A stretch of DNA of 63,699 nt, counting the filler, from Mitosporidium daphniae (Eukaryota): the NCBI RefSeq assembly GCF_000760515.2. It is 3 parts of 3 records of this genome, joined end to end, with 100 filler letters (N's around TTAATTAATTAA, not from the genome) between each part and the next. Parts side by side here need not be neighbours in the genome. Positions count along the whole stretch, not along the records: positions 44,621 to 63,699 come from NW_013546129.1; 2 more parts are not named here. One strand, 5' to 3'. Under the pieces are notes generated by a model. It did not search any database and had not been told where the DNA came from. It saw only the letters and a program-made list of their open reading frames with translations. Both the position numbers and the translations under genes were made by a program. This document shows, piece after piece, positions 45,393-57,846 of this stretch (positions within the stretch are counted from its first letter, which is position 1; every line of letters starts with the position of its first letter).

Positions 45393-48300
45393 ATGCCTTT
45401 TCAACGCGCGGGGTGCTTTTCAACGCGCGGGATGCTTTTTAACTTTACATTGGACTCGCACATTTTCGCACTAGAAAATAAAGCTCAATCCTTTTATTTC
45501 TTCGATAGCTACAATGGCCCAGCAAAGAACTTTTACACTATGAACGAAGGAAGTGAAGGGCATTTTTTAAATCAAAAATCATAAATTCAAGATCCACTCT
45601 CCTGATGACATAAAAGAATTTTTTTCGCCTCCTCAAACTTGCTATTTTTGGTTGTTTCCGTTGGACAGACTTGCCACATTATTATTCCGGTACCTTTTTC
45701 ACCACCTGGAAATTCATACAACTTTACTTTTCTCAAGGCCACGTGTAAAGATGACCATTTTAACATTGAAGGCCATGATCGAGAGATCGAACTTGCCATC
45801 TTCTACCTGCTTGTGCTTTTAAGGTACTATGACAAGGCTATGGAATACGTTTCCTTATACACGAGTGTTTCTTTTCGACTCAGTGAGCTTGAATTGGTTA
45901 TTTTGCGAAATATCCTTGAAATTAAATACCGTGATCTCTACTACCATGTGATACAAACCTGGACAAACAATCTACTTAATGAAAATGAAATTCTTTTCAA
46001 GCTCTCCTTGAATGACGAGGATAAGGTCAAAATTATTAACGAAATTGCAAATTTCATTCCTGTTATCTCATTCAAGTATAAAAGGCTTCTTTTTTCCTAA
46101 CATCAATTAAAATAAATATCTTTGGACATATTCTAACAACTTGGAACTCGATTGTAGTTTTCGAGGTTCTTCAAAAATACAACCAGATATCCCCACACTC
46201 AAGGAGGCTATAAAAGATGCTGACTCTGAACATTCTTATTATGCACCTTTGGAATTAAAACTGACCCATTGGTGTGAATTTCAGAATTTTTTCTTTCCAA
46301 GTTGTCTCTCTTTTCTATATCACCTAGCTGGATCATCCAAAGGTTTACCTGATTTTTTCGATAAAATAGATTCTCCATATCTCAATTTTATACGATTTTA
46401 TCTTGAAATGGAGAAAAATAGAGAAAAATACAAATTTGTTTCTTTATTTCATGTCCTTTTCGTAGTTTTCAATACGTCAAGTGATCTTAAAAAACTCTCA
46501 ACCTTCTTTTCTGACTTGAAAGAAAAAAGAGTCCCCTATGACATGTTCGACATTTATCAATCATTGATGGGATTTCAATTATTTTCTCCTTATGATGAAT
46601 TAAAGAGGATTGATGAAACGCTCCGATCGCCTCCCCATGAATATGAGAATCTCCTAAGCATATCCACGAAAAGGAAAGCTCTTTCATCTGATTTTTTCAA
46701 GGCAGATGTGAAGTTTACGTTCTTTAGTGATTCTGATTCTCTTAAAGAGACATTGAAATCAATGGTATTTACTGATGAACTTCTCTCTAGGTTTCCCATA
46801 AGAGCGTTGAAATACCCAATGCTTCTTGGCCAAATATTGCTTTTTGGGTCGATTGAGGAACTTTGGACCTTTTTCACACTTGGTGATCAAAACATTCACG
46901 AGCTACTTGATATTTTGTGGTCTCATTTCATAAAATTTTTTTATTGTAAGTCTCCCCTTTTGCAAAAAATACTTTTTGCGAAGTCTGGGTCTGGAAAAGG
47001 GAAGCTTTTACTCAAAAAGAGGGATATTTGCCTAAAGAACCATTAGTCGTCACTGTGCAGGACAAAGTTTTTATTCTCATCGAGTTTTTCACAGGATCTC
47101 TCTTGTATGAAGAACAGAAGACAATTATGTCTAAAATTGTAGACAAAATGACGCATGGAAGATTTTATGTCGTGCAACAGGGAATGGCTGGGGGAAAACC
47201 CGCGCGTTTTGGTCCGGTTGCCGAAATCTTGGCAACGTCGATTTTGAGAAAACTGCCTATCTTCATTTTTCCCAATTCTATCCTCAATCAGAACATTATC
47301 CAACTGCAGCGATGGCTTTTTAACTTTTTCGGGAAAAGAGTTTTCGAATTCAAAACAGAAAGATCGGCCTATGGATACAGCGAACCGTATCTGCGCAATT
47401 TATACTGTGATCTTACAATGGCTCATCACCGCGGCGATGTATTCGTGTCTTTGATCAACAGCATTCAATGCCTGTTGAACGCTAGGAAGGAACTGCTTTT
47501 TCAAAACCGAGCAACGATGATAAAAAAGAGTTATCTTCGAAAGAAGAATTTTTCCATATTTTATATCGGCCGATAACAAGGCTTCCTTGCAAAGAGTTTT
47601 TACTTTTGCTCATCTGAGTCAGCTCAAGAGAGATCATAAAGAGAGAGCTCTTTTACCCTGGCAAGCATTCCTTTCCGGGGTTTTTAAGAGCTTTTATTGT
47701 CCCGCTTATTCTGCAGCTAATTCGATTCCCAATTGGGACAGTATTATCAACCTGAACAATCAAAAATCGATTGATCAGCTTAAATGGATCTTTTTTCTTA
47801 AAGAATCCCAAAGCGTGACATTTTAAAATTTTTTCAAACTAGCCAAATAGTGCAGACATTTTTCCGAAATTTTGAAATATCTTTGATCCCATCAGTTATC
47901 AATAATCCTGCATTGGATAGCGAGACTGTTGTCCAATCCATCCAAGAACAGCAATTTGTTCAAGAGCAGGAAGAGATTTATGAAAACCTTGAAGATCCAA
48001 ATGTACCCATTTCACAGCGTTATGCATCTTTTGGAATATCTGATGCCAAACTTCCTAATCTAAGAGCTAGATTTATAAACGAGTTTGCAAAAACTGTTGT
48101 TGATGCGCTTAATTTAAATGATTCATACACGAAGTATTCGGTTTTTGTTGATATTTTCGGCAAATAAAAGGTATTTGCCACAATGAACGATGTTTCCGAA
48201 AATCTCGGAGATGCCTCCCATTTCTTCTTTTTTCCTGCACTTGTAAACATCTATAATCTGGACGAATTTGACTTGGAAGAGATGCTTCACTATCTAGCAT

Positions 48301-48566
48301 ACTCTGGCAGTATCATTGGTTTGGTAAATCTTTTAGATACCTCTATGAAGGTTGTTAGATATTTGATTTTGGGGCTTATGTCAGCTAATGACCTGATGCT
48401 GCAGCAATGGATATACTTTGCAAGAAAATTTAAAAGGATATCCTCATTGAAGCTATTGAGGGCTATAAAATCAAAGTTTAGGGCTAAAATCAGATGCCAT
48501 TTGGCAGATCTTGTTATAAATGCCAGTATTTCGGTGGAAAGCTATTCATCCTCAAAATATCTGTAA
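45393..48566 (+). pseudogene. Fragmented DUF3638-type giant P-loop protein gene
   Basis: Chain of same-strand ORFs broken by stops/frameshifts not explained by GT-AG introns; FILIEFF..LLYEEQ...VVQQGMAGGKP..GPV..ILA...IFIFP.SILNQ...L...FGKRVFEFKTER resembles DUF3638; later EQQFVQEQEE. Confidence 0.55.
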
Positions 48567-49041
48567 AAAGGCCCTTTAATTCTAAAACTGGTCGGTTTAA
48601 TTCAGATTTTCCATCCGATGATGTCACCACTTGCAAGAAGATGAGGCTGCGCCAAAATGATTAAAAAATCGGACCTAATCAAAAGGGGCACATCTTTTTC
48701 CCTCAAAGTAACCTCCAGAGTTGTATTTGGTGTTCCTCTGTTTGGGACTCGTGTCCTATAATATCTCTAATAATACATGGATGATTTATAAGCGGCCATC
48801 ATTAACTAATTTACGTCACTCTCCATCTATCACTCGGAAAATTTTATTTGCGTTAAACTTTTTCGTTTTTATGTTGCAATCTCCTACTGTCTATGGGTGT
48901 TGAAAAAAGCATAGAGAAAACAGATGAAAAATTGCTTTGAAAATTATTGGAAAAATGCGACTGAACCCATTTATTTGTCTAAAATTGTTGGTAAGTTGGT
49001 CTCTTTTTGCCACGCTGAGGCGGTTGGGGGTTTTCATTTAT

Positions 49042-50090
49042 TTATTTATTTAATAAATTGGTATTTTCTGGTGAAAATCGTTTCAACTGCGACGTAAAAA
49101 GGACAGATTGGGCCCATCCAGGATAAATTTTAAATAGGTTACAAAAGTGTTCGCGTATCTTTTTATACTCAGATTCTGCTAGAGTAGATTTCTTCAAGGT
49201 ACCCGGTGAACAGAAGTAGATCTTTAAAGCTAATTTGTACATGTGAACATCAATTGGAAAGGCATCTAATCGATCTAGAGAAAAAAGAGCCACACAATCG
49301 GCAACCTTTCTTCCTACTCCCGGAAACTGAAGAAGAAAAGCAACAACGTTTTCATATGAGCAAGATTCTCTTTGCTGATAAAGAGCGGAAACACCAAGTT
49401 CGGAAAGCAATTTGACTGTTTCGGAAATGAACCTTGCCCGGTAGCCAAAGCCCAAGTTTCTCAATTTAGTTTCTAAAGTGGCCATGCCGGCAGATAGTTG
49501 ATCAATTGTCGGAAAAGCATACGAAAGCAAGGGAAAAGAAAGCGCTTCCTTGCTATCAAGAGGAGTTCCAAAATTTACATGCAAGGACTGGACCATTTTG
49601 GTAATACGCGAGATATTATTGTTGGATGAGCAAATAAAAGAGAGCAGGGTTAGCAGTGGATCTTGTCGTAATATTCTAATCCCTTCGAAAGTATCGCAAA
49701 TGGAGTCGAAATACTTGTCGCTTGATCGCCATTTGATGATAAGCTCATCTAGGGAAACCTAAAAATAATTGTCAAAAGCACGGCTACATTTAGGCGGAAA
49801 TAATCAAAAAGATAGTGGTATGCATTTTCAGGAGAAATCGAGCCCGTTTGATGAAAAATCACCCTATCACAGGAGCTATAGGAAAGCAAAATAATAGAAC
49901 GGTCTATGACAGATCCCCAGTGCTCATCTGCAACCTTAACCCAGTTAAAGGCCTGACCGCCCTCTAAGCATGCCTGCAAATTTAATGTGGCTCGCGTAGC
50001 AGGAAGGACGTACCATGGCTCCACTTTCAGCTTGTTCAAGGCAGGAGCGAGAACATGTGACGCACAAAAAGGGGGCACTTCAATGAGCAT
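49042..50090 (-). CDS. OGG1: 8-oxoguanine DNA glycosylase
   Basis: LEGGQAFNW, SFICSSNNNISRI, LRNLGFGYRA, HhH-GPD GVGRKVADCVALFSL..AFPIDVH, GWAQSVLF; intron 49759-49787. Confidence 0.95.
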
Positions 50091-50144
50091 TAAACTTTTG
50101 GAAATTTATAAAATTTATTTGTCTCTGCCCCATCGGTCTTTGCT

Positions 50145-51513
50145 ATGTCATTATGGAGTGTTATTTTCTCAATAATTTCATTAAAGTTTTGGCCTTTTTT
50201 TAGGGAAGTAAGGTCTATCACTTCGCTCACAGTCGAGTCCAAGAAAAATCTCGAAATTTTGGATCAACAGGTTCTTGATGTTAGGGAAGAAATTGAATAT
50301 TCCGAGAAACTGAGCAAGAAAATGCAACGGATCTTCTTTCTCTCAACAATTTTTGCAGTTTCAATTTGCCTTCTTTGTTTGTGGTTGGATGTTGCCTATG
50401 CCCTAAAAACAATGGAAAGCGATCCCATATTCTACTTATCTTCCTCCGTCAAAAGACCCCAGAGATCTTTATTCTCTATTTTGCTTCTCATCCCAGTGGA
50501 TTTTCTTGTGAATCACGGTAACTCAACTTCCCGCCGTCGAGAATTGCCGCTTTCCTTTTTATTCTTCGAGTGGTTTCTATTTTTTGCTATTTTTCCATTT
50601 GTGTAATTTGGCGTTTATGTCTAACATTGTAGCTTTTATTTCTTTCACCTACTTATAACCAAGTGGATCGAGAGAAAGATCTCGAATTTGCAAAAGAAAA
50701 TGGAGGGCTTGAAAAAAAAACAAGCCTCAATACTTTCAGATATTCTTGAAACCTCAAATGCGGTTACCGTTTTGGGTATGATGGGCAAATACCAGCGCGA
50801 GTTGCCGCTTGTTGACGCTACCTTTAAAGCAAGCAACATATCAATCAATAGAGAGAATATTGAAGCCGATGTCACACCTACAAAAGCGGGACAAAAAGCT
50901 TTGTCCGTCCAACAACAGATCTTGACAACACAAGAAGAGCCTTCCTCGTTGTTGAATATCCCATCGTTATCGATATCGTACAGAAGGTAGTATCCAAGCT
51001 AATTCTTTATTTAGATGCTGGATAGATCGGATTATAGATCTACTATTAGGTGACGTATATGAATATGGCGGGGAGTTCATTTCTGAAGCAGGTCGCCCCT
51101 CAACTTCACACTCGGGCTGCTTTCCGACTTGCCTGCCAGTATATGCCCTTATATGCAGAACGTGCAAGTCACATAATGGAATGGTTCCATATCATAGAGC
51201 TTCAACTATAGTCTATAAATGTCCCATTTGTAATGTTGAAAACGAGGCCCTTGGAAACGAAGAAAAGGTGGAAAAAATGGAAAAAGTAGAAAATATGGAA
51301 AGAATGGAAAAAATTGAGCCCTACGATGAAAATCATCTAGAAAATAGTGCCAAAGAAAGCCCTTGTAGATTTGAAGAAAGCACAGAGAATACGCAGCTTG
51401 AAACAAGCCCAAATGATGAAGATGAAAAAAGCCCATTAAGCAGGAAAGGCACTAGACGCAAATCGTCGCTTGGGAATTCTAAGAGTCAGAGAAGGAAACA
51501 AACTTCAGGCTAA
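50145..51513 (+). CDS. LNP1: ER junction protein Lunapark
   Basis: N-terminal coiled coil, two hydrophobic segments, WIDRIIDLLLGD, zinc finger YALICRTCKSHNG...YKCPICNVEN; short introns. Confidence 0.85.
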
Positions 51514-51743
51514 ATGTTAATTTTAATTTTAATAAACAGTCACAAACACAGTGCCGATGGGCCTTACTCTTCATTCAGCGCAGATGGTTGCCTTATCAAG
51601 TCATTATTATGATGAGTTTTTAAAATCGCTCAAGTTAAAAGGTAATAATTGCATCATTTGCACAAATAGATCTGCTGACGAAGGAATACAATGCCCTCAA
51701 CAGGAAAAATTGGTTTCTAAAGTAAATCCAAGTATCCCTAAAT

Positions 51744-52658
51744 TTAATTACTACTTTTGATCCACGGATGTGTAAGAACACCATCCAATGGGAGCCTATC
51801 TTCTGGATTAGCCTGAAGTAGGCTTCTAATAAGGTCTTGTGCATCTTTTGAAACTGAGGACGGCATTTCGTACTGCACTTTGGCTATCCGGGCATAAGTT
51901 GCTCTGTTGGGGCCTTCCGTTTCAAATGGCGGCTTTCCCACGAGAAACTCAAAAAGCAATACACCTAGAGCCCAAAGATCCACGGAGGTCGAATGTTCCC
52001 TGCCTGAGACCATTTCTGGGGGGAGATAATCAAGTGTCCCACAAAGAGTGGTTCGTCTAAAGAAATGAAAAACCACTTGGAACCTTGAGTTTGGGGCGTG
52101 GACAGACCATCCAAAGTCGGCAATCTTGACCTCGCCCTGGAGACCGAGAAGCAAGTTTTCCGGCTTTATGTCTCTATGGATGACATGTTTCGAATGGAGG
52201 TATTTCAATGCACTTGCCAGCTGCCAAATATACTAGTTCGATATTAAATAACCCCCATACCTTTGCTGCTTCTGGCTCGGTAAATTTTCCTTTGGAACAT
52301 AAGATTTTGTAAAGTTCGCCTTGGGCTGCATATTCCAAGATGAGGTAGATCCGCTTTTCATCATAGAAGTATCCATATAGCCGGAGAATATTGGGATGCC
52401 TGCAAAAATAAAATCGGCAAGATACCTGAGATGAGATTGTATTTCTATTTCCCTCCTAAGTTGCTTCTCCACGTTGGCAGAGATCAGCTCATTCTTAAAG
52501 AGCATTTTCAGAGCAACAATGTAGCCAGATGATTTTTCTTTGGCCAAATACACGTGTCCAAATTTCCCCTTGCCAAGAGGCTTTCCAATTTCAAAGTCCG
52601 AAATTGTCCATTGGCGTTCACTGTTATGGCAGGTTGGTGCAGCTAGACCGCCCATCAT
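51744..52658 (-). CDS. IPL1: Aurora kinase (Ipl1)
   Basis: [68 protein letters not shown]; three short introns. Confidence 0.95.
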
Positions 52659-52783
52659 ATCGTGTCTAAAGCGTCAAACCTCAAAATGAAAACTACTCCC
52701 AAAATTGTTATTTTGCAATTTTATTAGCAAAAGTTGTCATTTAATGTTCTAGTTGAAAGTTTGCAAATACAGCTAGAGTGCAT

Positions 52784-54786
52784 CTAGAAAATTGCCGTGG
52801 TATCGACGCCGCAGATGATGCGTTGAGGTGGAACTACATATTCTTCACTGCCTTTTTTGAGAATTCCAGGAAATATTTGAAGACCTACCTTTTGGTCGGA
52901 GGGAGTGGCCCGCTCATGTTCCTGTATCCCATCTTTGGTGAATTCGTCTTGAATGACGGGAAGAGCATCTGGTTGAATGGGTTTGGAGGCCATGGCTCTT
53001 TTTCCATTTCCAAGCTGAAAGGCATGGTTGGATCCCCACGTGAAAACATTAAATCCAAATCGAGGAAGTACTCCGTCATTATCTACTCTGGTTTGCATAG
53101 TAGCCGCAAGATGAGTTCTTCCAATAGAAAGAGAATTGAGAGCAATTGGAGAAATCCTTCCAGTACTTTCGTTATAATAAGAAAGGCGAGAAATATCGGT
53201 TACCGGGACCATTTCGAACTGACATTGTCGGAAAGAATTATTGCCAAGTTGACCCCACATGCCTGCACCGGTTGTGTAACATTCTGCCAGGTTTCCCGGT
53301 GATGATTCGGTTAAGAATGCAGATGTGTCACCGCCTGCCCATATTCCCGTGATTGGCGTTGAAAATGGCGCATTAACGACAATAGGAGTCATGTTGACCA
53401 CTCCAAGAAGCTTCCCAAGTTGCCCATATCCATTTGCACCGAATCCCCAGACTTGTCCAGAAGCTGTTCGCAGAAGGGTATGATGGGTTCCTGCAGCTAT
53501 TTCGGCTATCTTGTTTCCAAGGTCGACTTTACAGAAGAGAGGTCTATGCAGTCTTTCCGCTGTGGAACCATCAAGTTCCGCAATAGAGTCTCTCCATTTG
53601 ATGCGTTGCGGTTCTTGGCCTTTTAGCTTCTTTGGGTTCGGTCTCAATAGGGAATCCGACGCTTCGATGGCATTTTGAATCATTTCGCCTGTGGTTAGCT
53701 GCTGTGCTGGCGATGGCACCTTGAAGAGGACAAGAGCATCAAGATCGCTGTCTTTGCTCTTTAAAGAATCGTATCCTAGTTGTCCAAACATGTTGGAATG
53801 GGTGTCGATAGCCATTGTGAATACATTTCCATGGTTGGATAGTAAAACCACATGATGATCGCCAGAAACTAGTTGCACGATCCTATGATAACCGAAACAT
53901 CTTTACTTTTCCGTTTTAGACAAAAACGGCAAATCTACGATTTGAACCGTGTCGGCAACGAAGGGTTTGGAAGATGCAGTGAATAGCCAGTTCTTTATCC
54001 AGCCAAAAGCTCCAGAGGGAGCGGAGGAGCTCTCAATAGAGTCACAGCTGATGGATGGGCTTTTTTTTAGCCATGGTTTTTCTCTTACTCCATCCGAGAT
54101 AAACAATTTTTGCTACACTTAGATAGAGAAAATACCTCATCATTGACAGCTATGATGTGTTCTTTTGTCGTGGCAACAAGGACCAAGTTATGGCCAACAA
54201 TAGTAGGTTCTGGGCTTCTGTTGATATATTCAGGGCCTTCAAACCCACTGATGATGATGTCTCTTTTTGCAGGCGAAACAGGCGATGTGGAGAGGATGGA
54301 AGAGTCTTCTAGCTGTGGTGCATTTTCTATGAAATTTATGAGGCCATTAAATCCGTGCCCCCATTGAATAAGATCTCCAGATGGATCGATACAAGCTGCA
54401 TGCTTTTTGGCCATTGCAACTCCTTTGATCCTTGACCCGAACAAATTTTTCAATTCAGAAAGAGATAGCCGCGATTCATAGAGAGAAGCAAGTGTATAGT
54501 TCAGGCTACTTAGGGATCGTGAGCCGGAAATGTTGATTTGCTGCGGAAATTTGATTGACAGCGAATCTGAAAGAGGATCAGCAACTCCATAATAGTTGTC
54601 TCCAAAGAGAAAAAGCGTTGCCTCTGGCGTCACCGTGATCAGCCGTTTGGATATGTCTCTCATTTCGTCGCAAAAGACCCTAATATTATTGGTATCGTTG
54701 GAGGCATAAAGAATAGTTGAAAATAAAGAGGCTCCAATGACAAATCCAGTATATCTGGTGGAGAGCAATTTACTCAACGGTGTCAT
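52784..54786 (-). CDS. RCC1-repeat protein, probably mitochondrial Fmp25-like
   Basis: N-terminal hydrophobic anchor; RCC1 repeats (SGDHHVVLL..GNVFT, AAGTHHTLL..GQVWGFGANGYGQLG, VFTWGSNHAFQLGNGKR); two introns near 53.9 and 54.1 kb. Confidence 0.7.
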
Positions 54787-54853
54787 TATGGGGACAAATA
54801 AAGTTTATTTGTAAAAAGTAACTTGTTTGCACAATGCAACTTTTTTTAAAATC

Positions 54854-55912
54854 ATGTCCCACAAGGCCGTTCCCGGTGGTGGAAGGAAGAAAAAAGGTGC
54901 TCAAACGCTGAGCCTCTCCGAGTTTCAGTCGCTTTCATGTACGAGTTTTGTCTCATATTTTAGTTTCTGGTAGCGGGGACACCGGTTCTTGGGTCGATTC
55001 CAGTCCTCTTCCATCAGCGTCATCTCTTCTTCCAAGCGGGCCGTCAGGATCCCAATTTATGTCGTCTTCTGGATCCACCTCCTCCACTAGCTTTCGTTCT
55101 GAATTGTTTGCTCCCGTTGACATGAGCAAGCTTCCATCTTCCCCTCCATTCACGGCCTATATTGGAAATCTTCCGTTTGATATCCAAAAAGATGATATTG
55201 TAAAGTCGTTTCCTGCCTCATCTATTGTAACCATTAAGCTGGTCCGTGATAAAGTCGATGATAAGCCAAAGGGCCATGGGTATGTAGAGTTTGAGGACAT
55301 TGAGTCTTTGAAGAGAGCCTTGGATCTGAATGGAAAGCTCGAAATTGGATCCCGTAAAATTAGGATAGACATTTCCGAGTCTTCTGGAAAGGGATCCTTT
55401 GTCGGCAACTTTTCTAGAAATCAAAATTCGTCTTCAGAAATTTCTCGTCGCACTGAACCATTGGAAGAATCGTTTCATTCTTCGTCCTCTTCGTTCCAAG
55501 GAAGCAAGTAAGCTGTCATCTTTAATTTAGGCGTTCATTTTCATCAAAATATCCTACCTCAAGTCTAGAAATCGAGAGAAGATCCGATCCAATTTATGAT
55601 TCTGATTTTAGGCAAAACAATTCTTTCCAGAAAAAGTCTGCAGATATTCCGGAGATTACTAGAAATTCAACTAATTCATTTACCGAAGTGGCTAGAACTT
55701 CCTCCAATTTTTTCCCTGAAAGTACTAGAGGTCCCTCCAATTCTTTCAAAAGGAACACCGATACAGTTGAAATCAGCCGCAGGACCGATCCCATAATTGA
55801 CTCTGGCAATAAAGACGGTTCCGGTTGGAGACCAGAGCCACGAACATTCCGGTCTGCGAAACCGAACTTCCCAGCCGCGTCATCGTCGTCAGAAGATTCC
55901 TGGCGATCTTAG
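54854..55912 (+). CDS. TIF3: Translation initiation factor eIF4B
   Basis: KKKGAQTLSLSEF N-terminus; RRM LPSSPPFTAYIGNLPFD...KPKGHGYVEFED; Ser/Arg-rich tail; introns near 54939 and 55508. Confidence 0.8.
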
Positions 55913-55956
55913 CGTTATTATGATTAAAAATGGCAATGTTACACTGGGTTTGGTAT

Positions 55957-56645
55957 TTAGTGGTTTATCATGTTTTCTAAATAGGCGGCCAAATCGTGAT
56001 GTCCATTTTCATTTGCAATTTCCCTATGAAAGTTATTCGAGCGCTTATTTTACAAAACAGAGCTTCCTTCGCTATCTGTCTCTTTGATGCTCGATGGGCA
56101 CGTTGAGTGCAGCATTTTGATGATATCGAGATTGCCCACCGCTGCGGCCCGATGTGCAGGATTTTGGCCCAAGTTATTTTTGATTTTGGGATCCGCCGAC
56201 GCGTTCAAGAGCAAACTCACGAGCTAAGATAAGATCAAATGTGTGCAACCTCAATGGATTGCTTTGAACATGCATAATGTAGGGCAGTCATTCCAGAGGA
56301 CGATTGAATGTTTACAAATCCAACAAGAGCGGGCTGATCCGCACTTGAGGTGGCCAGCAGCAGTTTTGAAGTGCCAATATCCTTTTGAGAGGCCGCGATG
56401 TGAAGAGAGGTCCATCCCTCGTCATCCTTGGTAGCAGGAGAATGGCCATTAGACAGAAAAAAAGCAACAATTTCATGATCCTTCAACGAAGCTGCATGAT
56501 GCAGCGGCGATCGCCCGTCCTAAACGCCTAAGCAGAGCCTACTTACTTCGTCACGCTCAAACGAATCTGCAGAGATATCATGCAATGCAGATAATGGCAG
56601 CTTCTTCGAGTGAACATCTCTAATCAACTGAAATTGGTCGCCCAT
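55957..56645 (-). CDS. Ankyrin-repeat proteasome chaperone Nas6/gankyrin-like
   Basis: DE|DGRSPLHHAAS, DDEGWTSLHIAAS, SGMTALHYACSK, GQNPAHRAAAVGNL; three short introns. Confidence 0.78.
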
Positions 56646-56672
56646 TAAACTTAAAATTTTCATCTTTTACAA

Positions 56673-57760
56673 ATGCCTAACAGCGATTTCCCAAGGCTCC
56701 CAGTGGTGCTTTGTCATGGTACCGTGATCGCTTTCTTACCTTATGCAAGGGCTGCTTGGATTCGATGTCATCGGTATTTTAGCCTTTTAAGGGACTAGGA
56801 TTAAAATCTTTTAAAAAATGGCAAATCCCATATTGGGAAGGCGTCCACGTAAGAGCTCTCTCCCATAGTGTACTGAATTAGGAATTTCTTCTTTCAAATA
56901 ACACTCCAATTTTCATAGCTAAAGTGCCACCTTTTGCGCCAATTCATATTCGCGCCAATGAGCTTTATCGATTTATTGATTCAAAAGATGTGTTAAGAAA
57001 AACGCCCTTTCATATGATTGGACATTCCATGGGGGGTTTGGATGCTCGCTATCTGGCCTCCATTCTTAATGTCGGCCCAAACAGCAAGTTCAACATTGCT
57101 TCCATTACAACTCTTTCGTCTCCACACCGAGGCTCAATGATGGCCAATTTATGGTGTGATTTTTTGCTATCCAAGCGAGACTTTCGGTTTAACTTGAGCC
57201 AGGATTATGTCTCCAAAAGAGAATTCTTATTGCGGTCTCTTTTTTTTTGGGTTAGCACATTGATGAATGCAAGCATTTCGTCTGATTCTGGAGCCCATCC
57301 ATCCTTTGTCTCGTTTTCTGATAGCCGCAGTGGCCCAGAGTTTTCTGTATACAAAAATCTTTTCCATACACTGTACCACTTGAGCCCGGATTTCATGGAA
57401 CATTCGTTCAACCAAAATGTGCTAAATGCACCGGAAATACAATATTTCTCTGTGGGTGGCGATATTTCAAGCATTGTATCGATGCCTTGTTTTTCACCTG
57501 ATCTTTAGGATTTAGAAAACTGGCCCTATAAGCAATACTATCACTTGGTTCTAAACAAAGAGGGCCCAAATGATGGGCTGGTAAGTGTCAACTCGGCAAA
57601 GTGGGGAAAGTATCACGGCACATTTGCAATTAAGCACCATCAATTTTGCAGAGTGAAGAGAATTTTAAATTTAACCGGCGAAGCGCTTCCAGCGGCCGAT
57701 ATCAGGGAGCGCATATCGATGCTACGAACAATTTGCTCCCAAATAAAGGCCATTGAGTGA
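56673..57760 (+). CDS. TGL2: Triacylglycerol lipase Tgl2-like alpha/beta hydrolase
   Basis: PVVLCHG|LLGFD, YWEGV, GHSMGGLDARY, TTLSSPHRGS, NDGLVSVNSAKWG; four short introns with micro-exons. Confidence 0.85.
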
Positions 57761-57846
57761 GCAAAAACACACGGCAGATTAAACCAATTTTTTAAATTTT
57801 CATTGTGCTTTAATTGAACTGCATTGACTTGCAATATTATTTTCAT

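Noticed and set aside
45397..45439. 19-bp direct duplication CTTTTCAACGCGCGGG(G/A)TG as a transposon end or target-site duplication
   Set aside because: Adjacent tandem copies with nothing between them; no element evident
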